Shown here: piece after piece, positions 6,808 through 14,824 of the stretch
How the letters are laid out: each line of letters begins with the position of its first letter
Position numbering within the stretch: the first letter of the stretch is position 1
From: an uncultured Anaerolineales bacterium
GTDB lineage: Bacteria; Chloroflexota; Anaerolineae; UBA7937; B3-Chlor
Direction: 5' to 3'
Length of the DNA: 56,625 bases
Assembly (NCBI GenBank): GCA_964573815.1
Contig: CAZNMJ010000001.1
Location: forward strand, 1-56,625
Program-made: the position numbers and the translations under genes
The notes under the pieces: generated by a model
Databases searched by the model: none
Seen by the model: the letters and a program-made list of their open reading frames with translations, nothing else
What the model was told of the DNA's origin: nothing

Positions 6808-7310
6808 TTTGGCACCTCCAACCACACCGTGACGCATATCCGTTCTACGCCGTATTCGGCACACACCCTGATGCTGCCCCTATGTCCTGCGTCTCGCCAG
6901 ATTGGGGCTGCGATGACGAGACGCAGTTGCGCAGTCTCCGTAGGAGTCGGAGTTGCTGTGTCACCTCCTAGCGGGTACAGATTGAGCCGCGAGTTCTCAC
7001 CACTATGCCAGTAGCTAGTCGCGGCCCATAGCGAATCTACGTAGAATGAAAGCAGTTCTCCTTCCGTACCTCCTGGTACGGAGTCATAAGCAGCCGAGGC
7101 GTCCACCGAATAGACCAAGGTGGCCTGACAGTATAATGGCGTGGTATGCGCAATGGGCGTCTCTTGGGCGTTGTGCACCGCTATCCTTGCGCCCAGGCCC
7201 GAGCCGATGACATCCCCATGAAACGAATGCGGCAGGGGCGGGGGCGCGTCGGCCAGACTGGGCGCGGCGAGTAGCAGGAACAGGCAGATGAGGATGAGGC
7301 TCAGTCGCAT
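6804..7310 (-). CDS. Secreted protein (signal peptide), function unknown
   Basis: N-terminus MRLSLILICLFLLLAAPSLADA is a classic signal peptide. GAGGAG SD upstream. Confidence 0.65.
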   Translation of the reverse strand: MRLSLILICLFLLLAAPSLADAPPPLPHSFHGDVIGSGLGARIAVHNAQETPIAHTTPLYCQATLVYSVDASAAYDSVPGGTEGELLSFYVDSLWAATSYWHSGENSRLNLYPLGGDTATPTPTETAQLRLVIAAPIWRDAGHRGSIRVCAEYGVERICVTVWLEVPK

Positions 7311-7489
7311 TGCTCCTCGGCGGGGTGGATTGGACTATCATCCATCACGTCAGCAATTTTCCAGACTGTGAAACCTAGAAGATCTGCAAGACCCAACAAC
7401 AAGACTTCCGCTTCGAGCCGCGCCATCCTTACGGTTCTATCCGATTCAAATTCTAGCCTGACAATGTTCTCTTTCCATTCAATCATCAT
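7301..7489 (-). CDS. Hypothetical protein (62 aa)
   Basis: ORF in the gene chain. GGAGGG lies immediately upstream of tandem ATGs. Confidence 0.5.
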   Translation of the reverse strand: MMIEWKENIVRLEFESDRTVRMARLEAEVLLLGLADLLGFTVWKIADVMDDSPIHPAEEQCD

Positions 7490-7496
7490 CCCTCCA

Positions 7497-7688
7497 TTAT
7501 TTCCAATACTCCATCTCGCCAGGTATCATTTCTGAATACCTCGCTAGTCCATATTTGATGCCTATTCGCCAAAGTCCGAAAGCCAGCGTTATGTAACCCC
7601 TAGACCAAGGCTGAAGCCGTGGCATCCAAGTTAGGCCAATAGCACCTAGACGTCGCGTCTTGAAACGAGTCAACTGTATAAGCATCAT
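7497..7688 (-). CDS. Hypothetical protein (63 aa), basic and hydrophobic
   Basis: ATG at 7688 overlaps the upstream stop (ATGA context). Confidence 0.5.
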   Translation of the reverse strand: MMLIQLTRFKTRRLGAIGLTWMPRLQPWSRGYITLAFGLWRIGIKYGLARYSEMIPGEMEYWK

Positions 7689-7957
7689 TCCTCCCGGGCG
7701 ACGCCTAGCGCAGTATTATTTTCAGCGCGGTATTCGTCCAGAATCATGACAATCTCTGTTATAGCGTCTCCATCACGGGCATAACCAACCTCGGCCCTAT
7801 TTGCCTGATCCTGGATTTTGCCAAGGCATATCCACGCCTCCTCCAGTGCGGTGATGAGAGCCTTCTGCTCGCGGACCGAAATTATCACTGGCCCACCGGC
7901 TTGTCTCGCGACTGCAATTTCCTTTTTATAGGACGCCAAATCTAGTTTCTCAGCCAT
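7685..7957 (-). CDS. Hypothetical protein (90 aa)
   Basis: ORF with an upstream GGAGGCGAG SD-like sequence. Local sequence is AT-richer. Confidence 0.55.
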   Translation of the reverse strand: MAEKLDLASYKKEIAVARQAGGPVIISVREQKALITALEEAWICLGKIQDQANRAEVGYARDGDAITEIVMILDEYRAENNTALGVAREE

Positions 7958-7970
7958 CTCGCCTCCTATG

Positions 7971-8435
7971 TCATTCCCCCCACAAATGCACCATCGCCAC
8001 CCTCACTACGCCCATCTCCACCGACTCGCCCTTGACCTTGACCAGGCGCAGCACCGTGTCCTCCCACAGCAAGGCCCAGTTGAACGGCGGATGCCATTTG
8101 ATGGCCAGCACGTACACGCCGTCCTCCACCCCCTCGAAGGCGAAGCGCCCCTCGGCGTCAGTTCTCGCGTGCGGCGAGTCCGAGTTGTGGCGGAAGATGA
8201 GGAAGGGATCCTCGCTTATCACCTCTAGCAACGCGAACCGGCGGTTGGCCACCGGCCCGAAGTCCTCTTCCCACCTGGCCTGCCCCGTAACGGTGGGAGT
8301 GCGCCCGTGCCCGCCGCGAATGAGGGCGAGGTATACCGTGTCGGCGCGGGCTGAGCTACCCAGGAGGAGAGTCAAGGCGAGGGCTGTGAGTACGACGACG
8401 CGCCACCTCCGCCCGCCGAGCAGGTCGTCGGTCAT
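7971..8435 (-). CDS. Secreted protein with a carboxypeptidase-regulatory-like (Ig/beta-sandwich) segment
   Basis: Signal-peptide-like RRWRVVVLTALALTLLLGSSARA. TDAEGRFAFEGVEDGVYVL is the typical CarboxypepD_reg-type motif. Confidence 0.55.
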   Translation of the reverse strand: MTDDLLGGRRWRVVVLTALALTLLLGSSARADTVYLALIRGGHGRTPTVTGQARWEEDFGPVANRRFALLEVISEDPFLIFRHNSDSPHARTDAEGRFAFEGVEDGVYVLAIKWHPPFNWALLWEDTVLRLVKVKGESVEMGVVRVAMVHLWGE

Positions 8436-8656
8436 TTGTGTAGCTCTGTTTCGACAACGTGAAATGAGGCCCCTTCGACATCATAGTCAGCACAGAATAG
8501 CCAACCCTCGATTTCGTGCTCCTTATAATCCTCGGGGCTACGGCAATACTCTTTCGCTTTATCATACGCATAGTCAATTGCTCCGACAGCAGTGGTGAAC
8601 ACCTCAACTTGCGTATCGTAATGTCGATCTTCATTGATAGAGACGTAGAGTTTCAT
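8432..8656 (-). CDS. Hypothetical protein (74 aa)
   Basis: The internal ATG at 8656 has a GGAGGAG SD and overlaps the upstream stop (ATGA). Confidence 0.55.
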   Translation of the reverse strand: MKLYVSINEDRHYDTQVEVFTTAVGAIDYAYDKAKEYCRSPEDYKEHEIEGWLFCADYDVEGASFHVVETELHK

Positions 8657-8931
8657 CCCAGCTCCTCCGCGGCTCGGCGGCCCGCCTCGGTGAGCAGAAG
8701 ATGATAGAATGGCCAATAATTGCTATATTCTATCGGTTCTATAAGCCCACGCCTTTCCAGAGCCCATACTGTGTTTGCGTGAGGGCGCGCAGCCGAGTCC
8801 GCCGGCGAATCCGATGGAGGTACATAAACCCAATGGCAGTCTATGCCTGAAGCGTGGCGCGGCTCAATTGCACTACCGCCCGCCATGATGCGCAGCACGC
8901 GCTTCATCGGCTCGGTCAGGTTTCGGGGCAT
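8653..8931 (-). CDS. Hypothetical protein (92 aa)
   Basis: ORF in the coupled chain. No motif recognised. Confidence 0.5.
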   Translation of the reverse strand: MPRNLTEPMKRVLRIMAGGSAIEPRHASGIDCHWVYVPPSDSPADSAARPHANTVWALERRGLIEPIEYSNYWPFYHLLLTEAGRRAAEELG

Positions 8932-9380
8932 TGCTTTAGCCTCCTTGCCTCCAGCTCCGCTATCCGTTTCTCATAGTCTATTAGGCCAATCTCGGCTTCG
9001 GCCAATTGCTCTTGTGCTTCGTCTCTCTGGACCACAATCTGTTGGCAGAGAATATCTAGCTTCGCTACTCGCGCTGTCAGTCGCGCGATTTCTTCTTGGC
9101 CCTTTCGGAGCCGCACTAAGGGGCTGCGCGCACGCTTTTGTTTCCGGCGCGCTTCGCTCTGCGCCCGCCGCACCGCCACGGTGTCGGGATGGTGTTGCCT
9201 GCACCAGCCGTCCTTCCAGGGCCTGCGCAGACATTGACGAAAGACCGCGCTACGTCCCCCAAAAGGAACGGATCCCTTGCATCGAGCAGGATCGAGCGGT
9301 GAATCCTGAAGCCAACGCTGCTTATATTCGTGGGTTATTTCCCCTTCCACTTCCGCCGCTGTCAGCGTTCTGTCAGCCAT
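8916..9380 (-). CDS. Hypothetical coiled-coil protein (154 aa)
   Basis: The C-terminal half is heptad-like (EEIARLTARVAKLDILCQQIVVQRDEAQEQLAEAE). Confidence 0.55.
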   Translation of the reverse strand: MADRTLTAAEVEGEITHEYKQRWLQDSPLDPARCKGSVPFGGRSAVFRQCLRRPWKDGWCRQHHPDTVAVRRAQSEARRKQKRARSPLVRLRKGQEEIARLTARVAKLDILCQQIVVQRDEAQEQLAEAEIGLIDYEKRIAELEARRLKQCPET

Positions 9381-9579
9381 CGCTCTCCTTCATCCTTTCG
9401 CAGCGCTTGCAAAGACGACGTTTGTCCTTTACTTCGCTTAGGGAGAAGATGAAGTAGAACGAAATGCCGCCGCACAAGGGGAAATACCTACGCCTGTCTC
9501 CCAGCCAGTGTTCGTATGACCAAGTTTTATGGTATACTTTTCCGCCTGGGCAAATAGCGACCATCTCCTGGTCACTCAT
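9373..9579 (-). CDS. Small Cys-containing protein (68 aa)
   Basis: ATG at 9579 overlaps the upstream stop (ATGAGTGA). Contains a CKRCE pair. Confidence 0.45.
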   Translation of the reverse strand: MSDQEMVAICPGGKVYHKTWSYEHWLGDRRRYFPLCGGISFYFIFSLSEVKDKRRLCKRCERMKESDG

Positions 9580-10003
9580 CGCTCTCCTTCCCAAACACTG
9601 ATAGCCAAGCGTCGCCTATACAGTCACCGGGGTGGTTCTTATCCGAGCAGAATGACTTGAGATACATAGCATTGTCATACAGTCCGTGCTTGGCGCAATA
9701 GTATCCATTCCGTGGCCCATTTATGAGATGCCTGGCATTCTGGCCCCAAACCCAATACTCATTATCCGCCTTGGCGTGATCGTTCAATTCTGCCATCAAC
9801 TCCGCCACGCCTTTCGGCATGCTCACCCAGTCGGGAGACTCGTGACCTTTATATTGACCATCAGAATCATGCCAATAGTCTTTGTAAGCCTCTTGCCCTT
9901 TCCAGACAATCGGCTGCCCACGCAAATCAAGCGCACGCTCGCGCTCGACTGTCCATCCCTTCGCCAGGGCTATCCTAGCGTTGAGCGTGTCAGGAGCTGG
10001 CAT
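9572..10003 (-). CDS. Hypothetical protein, possibly phage ABA-sandwich-like
   Basis: GGAAGGAGAAAGG SD. N-terminal LNARIALAKGWT resembles the start of the junction-spanning gene (LVAEKVMGGW). Confidence 0.5.
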   Translation of the reverse strand: MPAPDTLNARIALAKGWTVERERALDLRGQPIVWKGQEAYKDYWHDSDGQYKGHESPDWVSMPKGVAELMAELNDHAKADNEYWVWGQNARHLINGPRNGYYCAKHGLYDNAMYLKSFCSDKNHPGDCIGDAWLSVFGKESDE

Positions 10004-10056
10004 CGCCTTTCTCCTTCCTGAGCACTCGCTCCGCCGCCCAGCGGCAGCGGGGGCAA

Positions 10057-10359
10057 TTAGCCGGGTCGTGAGTCGGCATCAGTCTCCTCCACGTAGCTTT
10101 TGGGCATCTGGTCTATGGGTTTGTGACATTCCTGCCAGTATCGTTTGAAAGGCTCCTTATACTCCTCTTTCAAAAGGCAGATAGGCGTCGTAACGTGGTC
10201 AGCGCCGTTTCGCATCATATAGATTACGTGGCATGTCTCGCACCGGCACTGCCCATGAACAAAGCCCCAAGTGAGGAAACGGTCGCCACAGAAAGGGCAG
10301 ACCCATTCATTGTCGAGGGGCCACGACATTCTTCCTTCCCAGTAACTTTGCCAATTCAT
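10057..10359 (-). CDS. Zn-ribbon protein (100 aa)
   Basis: CPFCGD...CRCETC cysteine pairs. GAAGGAGAAAAGG SD. Confidence 0.6.
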   Translation of the reverse strand: MNWQSYWEGRMSWPLDNEWVCPFCGDRFLTWGFVHGQCRCETCHVIYMMRNGADHVTTPICLLKEEYKEPFKRYWQECHKPIDQMPKSYVEETDADSRPG

Positions 10360-10909
10360 GTCCTTTTCTCCTTCGATGCGGCCCGCCCTGCCCGAACCTC
10401 AGTGCTCCGGCTAGACGAACAGAGCGGGCCTATTCTCATGTCGATGGTTCCTGCGCCCCCAGCGGGCTTTGCGGTTCACCAAGCCGCAGCCCCGCGCATG
10501 TTGGGCCTCCTCTCGTCACTGGGATTCGGTGCCCAATATCACTCACCTCCATTTCATAGACGCCCTCCTTCCTGGGTTGATCTAGGAGGTTCCCCAATGG
10601 GCGGCGGCCAGTCCTGCCCTGGCCATCCTCGCGTTACCGAGGTGGACTCACTAGGTACATCCCTCTTGTCCGGATTAGGGTCCAAATGGGAGCCTTTCCT
10701 ACGTGTCATATCGCCACGTCGCGCCGCCCACGCTATTCGGTTGTCAAAGGGCGGCGGTGGACTTTGCATCCACCAGGCCTTAGTTGGATAGTGGCCTGCT
10801 TCTCGGTGTAGCTTTCACATACCCGCGCCGCCCGTATCTGTGAGGAGTGCCCACACCCCTCGGCCCCGTCACCTATGCGTCCATAGGCCGCTTTGTCCCA
10901 CCCCGCGTT
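10360..10909. other. 550-bp non-coding gap rich in GC helices (candidate structured RNA or multi-site protein-binding region)
   Basis: No credible ORF in any frame. Helices read by eye: 10380-86/10424-30, 10501-06/10531-36, 10598-606/10722-30 (TGGGCGGCG/CGCCGCCCA), 10749-56/10826-33 (GGGCGGCG/CGCCGCCC), 10757-62/10769-74, 10775-79/10793-97, 10872-77/10882-87. Confidence 0.4.
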
Positions 10910-11185
10910 TTATGATCCGCATTCATGGATGTAAAGGTCACACTCCTCCCCCGGCCGTTCCTTGATCCTGTCGGGATAGAAGGCCAGGAGCAGCGCGCTC
11001 GGCGGCGTCGCGCCGCAGTCGGGGCACTTCGCCTGGCGGCCCGTGTAGGGCCGCGCATCCACGGCCTTAGCAACTGGCCGGAGTTCCCAGGTCGGCGTGA
11101 CGACCAGCTTCTCGTATCCTTCATCACGCCGCCCTATATCCCACTCGCGTTGTGCGTCAATCGCGGCCTGCGCGTCGAGGTTCAT
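10910..11185 (-). CDS. Hypothetical protein with a Cys pair (91 aa)
   Basis: The start abuts the upstream stop at 11185. Contains CPDCG...HECG. Confidence 0.55.
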   Translation of the reverse strand: MNLDAQAAIDAQREWDIGRRDEGYEKLVVTPTWELRPVAKAVDARPYTGRQAKCPDCGATPPSALLLAFYPDRIKERPGEECDLYIHECGS

Positions 11186-12567
11186 CAGAACGGGATTTCC
11201 TCTTGCATAGCTGCTTCTGCAGCGAGCTGTTCAGCTTCTTCCAGTTGGGCTTCTTCTTGCAGCACCCTCTCGTCTTGCTCGAGCATATCCGCCTGCCCCC
11301 GTTCCGCCTCGTATAGCTTGATGATGGCGTCGGCCTCCTTGATGGCTAGCGGATGAGGCTCCCATTTATCCTCGCCGTCGCCTCCGATGATTGACCACCC
11401 GATGAGGACCCGACAGTGCGCGCTCAGGAGCTCATCGTCCTTGCTGGACTCTATGCCGCAGAATTGTAAGGTCAGAGCGTGCCGTTTCGCGGTGCGCACC
11501 TCTTTGGAATCGTCCATGAACAGGGCTTCCAGGCAGCGCACCAGCGTCTCGCGTTGCGCTTTGCTGGCGTCTTTGCGTCCCAGTTTGTCCGCGTTGCGTC
11601 GCATATCGGCGAGGATTCTCTCCGCTGGCCAGGGCCGCGAGCCGTTACCGCTCTGGTTGGACTCGCGCTGCTCGGATTCTTGGAGCCCGTTGGCGTTGCC
11701 AGCTTTCGTCTCCGCTGCCTTGTCCGCTACCCGTGCACTACCCTCAATGGTCTGGTCATTCTCCATCCCCGCCCCATTCGCTACGTCCACATCCTCCAAG
11801 TCCTGCGTGAAGAACTCGGAGGCGTTGACCGCGATCAGGGTGCTGGCCACGAAAGCTCGTTTTTGCGCGATCTTCTTGATCGTGTTCACCACTGAGGCGA
11901 TGTCCTCGTTGGGGACGCGATACGTAAGGCCCCCAATCTCCCAGGTCTTGTATTCTTTGCCGGAGCGTGCCTCACGGGTTCCTTCCACCGCCTGATCCGC
12001 GGCGATGGCGTCCTTGAACTGCTGCCAGTATTCGGCAGGCTTCCCGTACTTGCCCGTGGTCTCAGCCTTTTTCACAGCGTACTGGTACTCGCTCAACACT
12101 CCCTCCCGCGTCTTCAGCGACGCAATGTCTAGGCCAAGCGGTATGTCCCTCTTCAGCACCCATCGCCAGCGATAGCGGCTTTCGTGGCTGTTGGCCGACC
12201 CATCGGCCTCCGCCACGAGCGTGTCGCCGCGCCACAACTGGCAGGTCTCCAGGTAGTAGAAGAACGGCTCTCCGCCGTGATTCTCCCCCGACCAGTCCTC
12301 GACCACTCGTTTGCTGGCAAACGTCGTGCGCAAACCGAAGAATGTGGTCAACATCTCGGCCCCCGGTTTCAAGAGCGTCGGCTTCTTCGTGCCTGGGATG
12401 GTGCCATAATGCTGGCCCTCGTTCATCACCTTCTTCACTAAGTGGATCATGGTGTTCCAGCGTCGGAGATAGGTATCCACGTCCATCACGGGCATCAAGC
12501 CCATGCCGCCAGCGACCGTTCGCTGTACGCTCATACCCACGCGATCCCCCAATCTTTCGTCGCTCAC
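11185..12567 (-). CDS. Putative ssDNA-binding/annealing (recombination) protein with an SSB-like acidic C-terminal tail
   Basis: GTG at 12567 overlaps the upstream stop (GTGA) and has AAGGAGGAAGGG upstream (alternative ATG at 12534). Motif GQHYGTIPGTKKPTLLKPGAEMLTTFFGL. The C-terminus ends ...AAMQEEIPF, like the bacterial SSB DDDIPF tip. Confidence 0.45.
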   Translation of the reverse strand: MSDERLGDRVGMSVQRTVAGGMGLMPVMDVDTYLRRWNTMIHLVKKVMNEGQHYGTIPGTKKPTLLKPGAEMLTTFFGLRTTFASKRVVEDWSGENHGGEPFFYYLETCQLWRGDTLVAEADGSANSHESRYRWRWVLKRDIPLGLDIASLKTREGVLSEYQYAVKKAETTGKYGKPAEYWQQFKDAIAADQAVEGTREARSGKEYKTWEIGGLTYRVPNEDIASVVNTIKKIAQKRAFVASTLIAVNASEFFTQDLEDVDVANGAGMENDQTIEGSARVADKAAETKAGNANGLQESEQRESNQSGNGSRPWPAERILADMRRNADKLGRKDASKAQRETLVRCLEALFMDDSKEVRTAKRHALTLQFCGIESSKDDELLSAHCRVLIGWSIIGGDGEDKWEPHPLAIKEADAIIKLYEAERGQADMLEQDERVLQEEAQLEEAEQLAAEAAMQEEIPF

Positions 12568-12968
12568 GTCCCTTCCTCCTTTGACCAATAATGATTCGGC
12601 ACGCCGCCGCACTCTGGGCATCCCGTCAGGCACGGGCAATAGTCCTCCTCCTCGCGCTCCTCTCGCCGCTCCGCGCGCTCGGCCACCCACGCGGCCCGAT
12701 ACTCTGACGAGCCAAGGGCACTATTAGCTATGATCGCCGCGTCCCTTGGCGAGGTACCCAGCGCAATCTCCTCATCGCGGATTTCTTGGGCAAGCCGCCT
12801 CCCCTCCTCCTCGAACGTCGGCGCATCATCCGGGATATGGTACGCGCAATGATCATCCCGCTCTTTGCCGTCCGCGCCCACGAACGTCTTGATAAGCTCG
12901 CCGTCAGGATGCAGCCAACCCTTGCCTGACTTGAACGTTAATTGTTCGCCACACCATAGGCACTTCAC
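12564..12968 (-). CDS. Zn-finger protein (134 aa)
   Basis: GTG start with GGAGAGGAGGA upstream. CLWCGE at the N-terminus and CPCLTGCPECGG at the C-terminus. Confidence 0.6.
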   Translation of the reverse strand: MKCLWCGEQLTFKSGKGWLHPDGELIKTFVGADGKERDDHCAYHIPDDAPTFEEEGRRLAQEIRDEEIALGTSPRDAAIIANSALGSSEYRAAWVAERAERREEREEEDYCPCLTGCPECGGVPNHYWSKEEGT

Positions 12969-13131
12969 GTTGGTCCTCCTCTCCCATTCTCACGACTATC
13001 TCCCGAAAGTGCTTCGGACACATCCCATGCGTAACCCCGTAGTGTTCGGCGACCACCACATCCAGGAGCACGCGCCTTGGATCGTTCGGCTTCGGGTGGC
13101 ACCACGAGCAATACTTGACCATGAAGGGCAT
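12904..13131 (-). CDS. Small Cys/His protein (75 aa)
   Basis: ATG at 13131 overlaps the upstream TGA by 1 nt. Contains CSWCH...HGMCPKH. The 3' end overlaps the next gene by 65 nt. Confidence 0.45.
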   Translation of the reverse strand: MPFMVKYCSWCHPKPNDPRRVLLDVVVAEHYGVTHGMCPKHFREIVVRMGEEDQREVPMVWRTINVQVRQGLAAS

Positions 13132-13481
13132 CACAGCCCCTCCACGAACTGCTCCGCCGTGACGCCGTTATTCTTTAGCGCGACACAAATCCCCGCGAAT
13201 AGTGCCAGCGCAATATCATCATAACCGGTGATACCCAATGCCTTGGCCCTCTCTTGCAGTCTTGGCAAGTCCGTCAGCGGGTGGTCGCAGCCCGCGTCGC
13301 ACCGCACCGTCACGGGCGCGGGAGCGGGCGTCAGGACATCCGCCGACACCCATGCGCGCGTGTGCTTTTTTGGTGACACTAGGGGCAGAAACTCGATCAG
13401 ATAACCACACGGGGCCCCTTCCTCTACGTTGACTACCCTGCCCTGCAAGGAGACTAATTGATGCTTCTCGAACTTAGCCAT
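13131..13481 (-). CDS. Hypothetical protein (116 aa)
   Basis: AAAGGAGGAGAGGA SD before ATG 13481. Confidence 0.6.
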   Translation of the reverse strand: MAKFEKHQLVSLQGRVVNVEEGAPCGYLIEFLPLVSPKKHTRAWVSADVLTPAPAPVTVRCDAGCDHPLTDLPRLQERAKALGITGYDDIALALFAGICVALKNNGVTAEQFVEGL

Positions 13482-13659
13482 TCCTCTCCTCCTTTACGAT
13501 GATTGTCCCTGCCAGCATCCCGCCGAACGCGATATACCAGATCCCCGCCGGCCCACCGAGCTCCCTCGCCCAGTCCCCCAGCACGCCCGTGGCGGCCAGC
13601 ACCAGGATGATGAGCAGGCAGACGGCGAGCAACGTCCAGCGGGGTTCGTGTGCGGTCAT
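13474..13659 (-). CDS. Small membrane protein (61 aa, 2 TM)
   Basis: ATG at 13659 has a GGAGG SD and overlaps the upstream stop (ATGA). Hydrophobic segments WTLLAVCLLIILVLAATGVL and IWYIAFGGMLAGTIIV. Confidence 0.55.
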   Translation of the reverse strand: MTAHEPRWTLLAVCLLIILVLAATGVLGDWARELGGPAGIWYIAFGGMLAGTIIVKEERNG

Positions 13660-13844
13660 GGCCTGCCTCCACGAGCTTCCCAGCGATGGCCACACTGCCC
13701 ACAACGGTACGAATACACCTTGTAGCGAACGCCAGAGCGAGCGGCACCAGCCATGTGGTGACCATAAGGAAATGTTGTGGTGTGGCAGCGTGGGCAGAGA
13801 GAGAGATTACGACCAAAAGGTGAAGGGGAATTAGGCTGTTTCAT
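13656..13844 (-). CDS. Zn-ribbon protein (62 aa)
   Basis: CPRC...CGQCG cysteine pairs. GGAGGAG SD. Confidence 0.6.
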   Translation of the reverse strand: MKQPNSPSPFGRNLSLCPRCHTTTFPYGHHMAGAARSGVRYKVYSYRCGQCGHRWEARGGRP

Positions 13845-13872
13845 TGCACTCCTCCTTGCATCACGCTCAGCG

Positions 13873-13953
13873 CTACCATCCCCAGTCCCGCCAGATCAGC
13901 AGGGCGGGAAGGATGTAGCGTGCGAACTCACGGGCCTTCGCGTGGAGTTTCAT
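13873..13953 (-). CDS. 26-aa hydrophobic micro-ORF (MKLHAKAREFARYILPALLIWRDWGW)
   Basis: ATG overlaps the upstream stop (ATGA). Very short. Confidence 0.25.
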   Translation of the reverse strand: MKLHAKAREFARYILPALLIWRDWGW

Positions 13954-14570
13954 CGCCTCTTCCTCCACTGCTTCGGGTAGTTGGTCTCGTCTTGCTTTTG
14001 GTGCTGCCAGAGGAAACAGATGCTCACGAACTCCTCCAGCAGGTCCTCCATGTCGCACCAAAAGACATCCGGATCGGCGTACTGGTCTCGCACGCTGATC
14101 CGGAACTGGAGCTGAACTGCTCTGGCCAAAGCCCTGGCTTGCAGGCTGGCGGCGTTCTCGTAGTCCTCGCCTCTCCCCGGCTTGCGGGCCTTCTTCGCGG
14201 CACCGGGCCAGAAGCTGCCCTGGACGATCTGTTCTATGACCGCCGCGACGCGGGCTAATGCCTTTTCCCTGCGCTGCTTCTGGAACTCCCGCCCGTAGGC
14301 CTCGGCAAGCTCTTTCAGCTTGAAGCCGAGGGCGGGCAATCCCCACAGCGCACCCTGCGTTAGCACCAGCATGAGTCCCGTCACGTCGGCGAAGAAATAG
14401 GAACTGGCGGCCATGAACACGAAAAGCCCCAGGACATAGAGCCATGGGTGCCGACGCAAGAAAGGACCCCATTTGTGAGTTCTTAGCTCTACGTGCCACC
14501 CGTAGCTGTACATGAGCGAGATAGCAGCCAAGGCGATCACCCAGGGCAGCGGAGTCCCGAACTCGAACAT
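13950..14570 (-). CDS. Membrane protein (206 aa)
   Basis: Several N-terminal hydrophobic segments (LPWVIALAAISLMY, WLYVLGLFVFMAASSYFF, GLMLVLTQGALWGL). Preferred over the overlapping Arg-rich ORF 13873..14499. Confidence 0.6.
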   Translation of the reverse strand: MFEFGTPLPWVIALAAISLMYSYGWHVELRTHKWGPFLRRHPWLYVLGLFVFMAASSYFFADVTGLMLVLTQGALWGLPALGFKLKELAEAYGREFQKQRREKALARVAAVIEQIVQGSFWPGAAKKARKPGRGEDYENAASLQARALARAVQLQFRISVRDQYADPDVFWCDMEDLLEEFVSICFLWQHQKQDETNYPKQWRKRR

Positions 14571-14571
14571 G

Positions 14572-14652
14572 TCACTTGTTCTGCTTGCGCTTGTAGATCG
14601 CGTAGCCGACCACTACGGCCACGAGCACAATTGCCGCTGCAATTCCGAGCAT
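14572..14652 (-). CDS. 26-aa single-TM peptide (MLGIAAAIVLVAVVVGYAIYKRKQNK)
   Basis: Hand translated. GAGGAGG SD 6 nt upstream. Fits exactly between neighbouring genes. Confidence 0.4.
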   Translation of the reverse strand: MLGIAAAIVLVAVVVGYAIYKRKQNK

Positions 14653-14653
14653 G

Positions 14654-14824
14654 TCATACCTCCTCTCTGCTCTCTGCCGTCTCCACGCGCGGCTGTGTCT
14701 GCTCCTCGAGGGCGCGCTTCTCCCTCTGTAGCCTCATCCAACGCCGGTACAGGTTCCTCACCACCTTCCGGATACGCTCAGGGCCAGGCCCCTCCGTGCT
14801 GCTCAGTCCGTCATTGGGAATCAC
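14654..14824 (-). CDS. Hypothetical basic protein (56 aa, below the track cutoff)
   Basis: GTG start 6 nt after GGAGG. Hand translated: (M)IPNDGLSSTEGPGPERIRKVVRNLYRRWMRLQREKRALEEQTQPRVETAESREEV. Confidence 0.4.
   Translation of the reverse strand: MIPNDGLSSTEGPGPERIRKVVRNLYRRWMRLQREKRALEEQTQPRVETAESREEV

Noticed and set aside
10123-10791. 222-aa plus-strand ORF and 71-aa minus-strand ORF (10554..10769) in the large gap
   Set aside because: No SD. Pro/Gly/Ser/Arg-rich low-complexity translations. The plus ORF also overlaps 10057..10359 in the antisense direction.
10749-10833. tRNA or tRNA-like gene (closing helix, two hairpins, an AGTTGGATAG D-loop-like sequence)
   Set aside because: Arm order, stem lengths and loop sizes do not fit a cloverleaf on either strand: there is a 13-nt loop, no T-loop TTCRA and no proper anticodon arm. 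It is kept only as part of the structured-gap finding.
13873-14499. 208-aa Arg/Gly-rich ORF overlapping 13950..14570
   Set aside because: It is a shadow frame of the membrane-protein gene, with low-complexity Arg-rich translation and no SD. Only its last 26 codons (13873..13953) are retained, as a weak micro-ORF.
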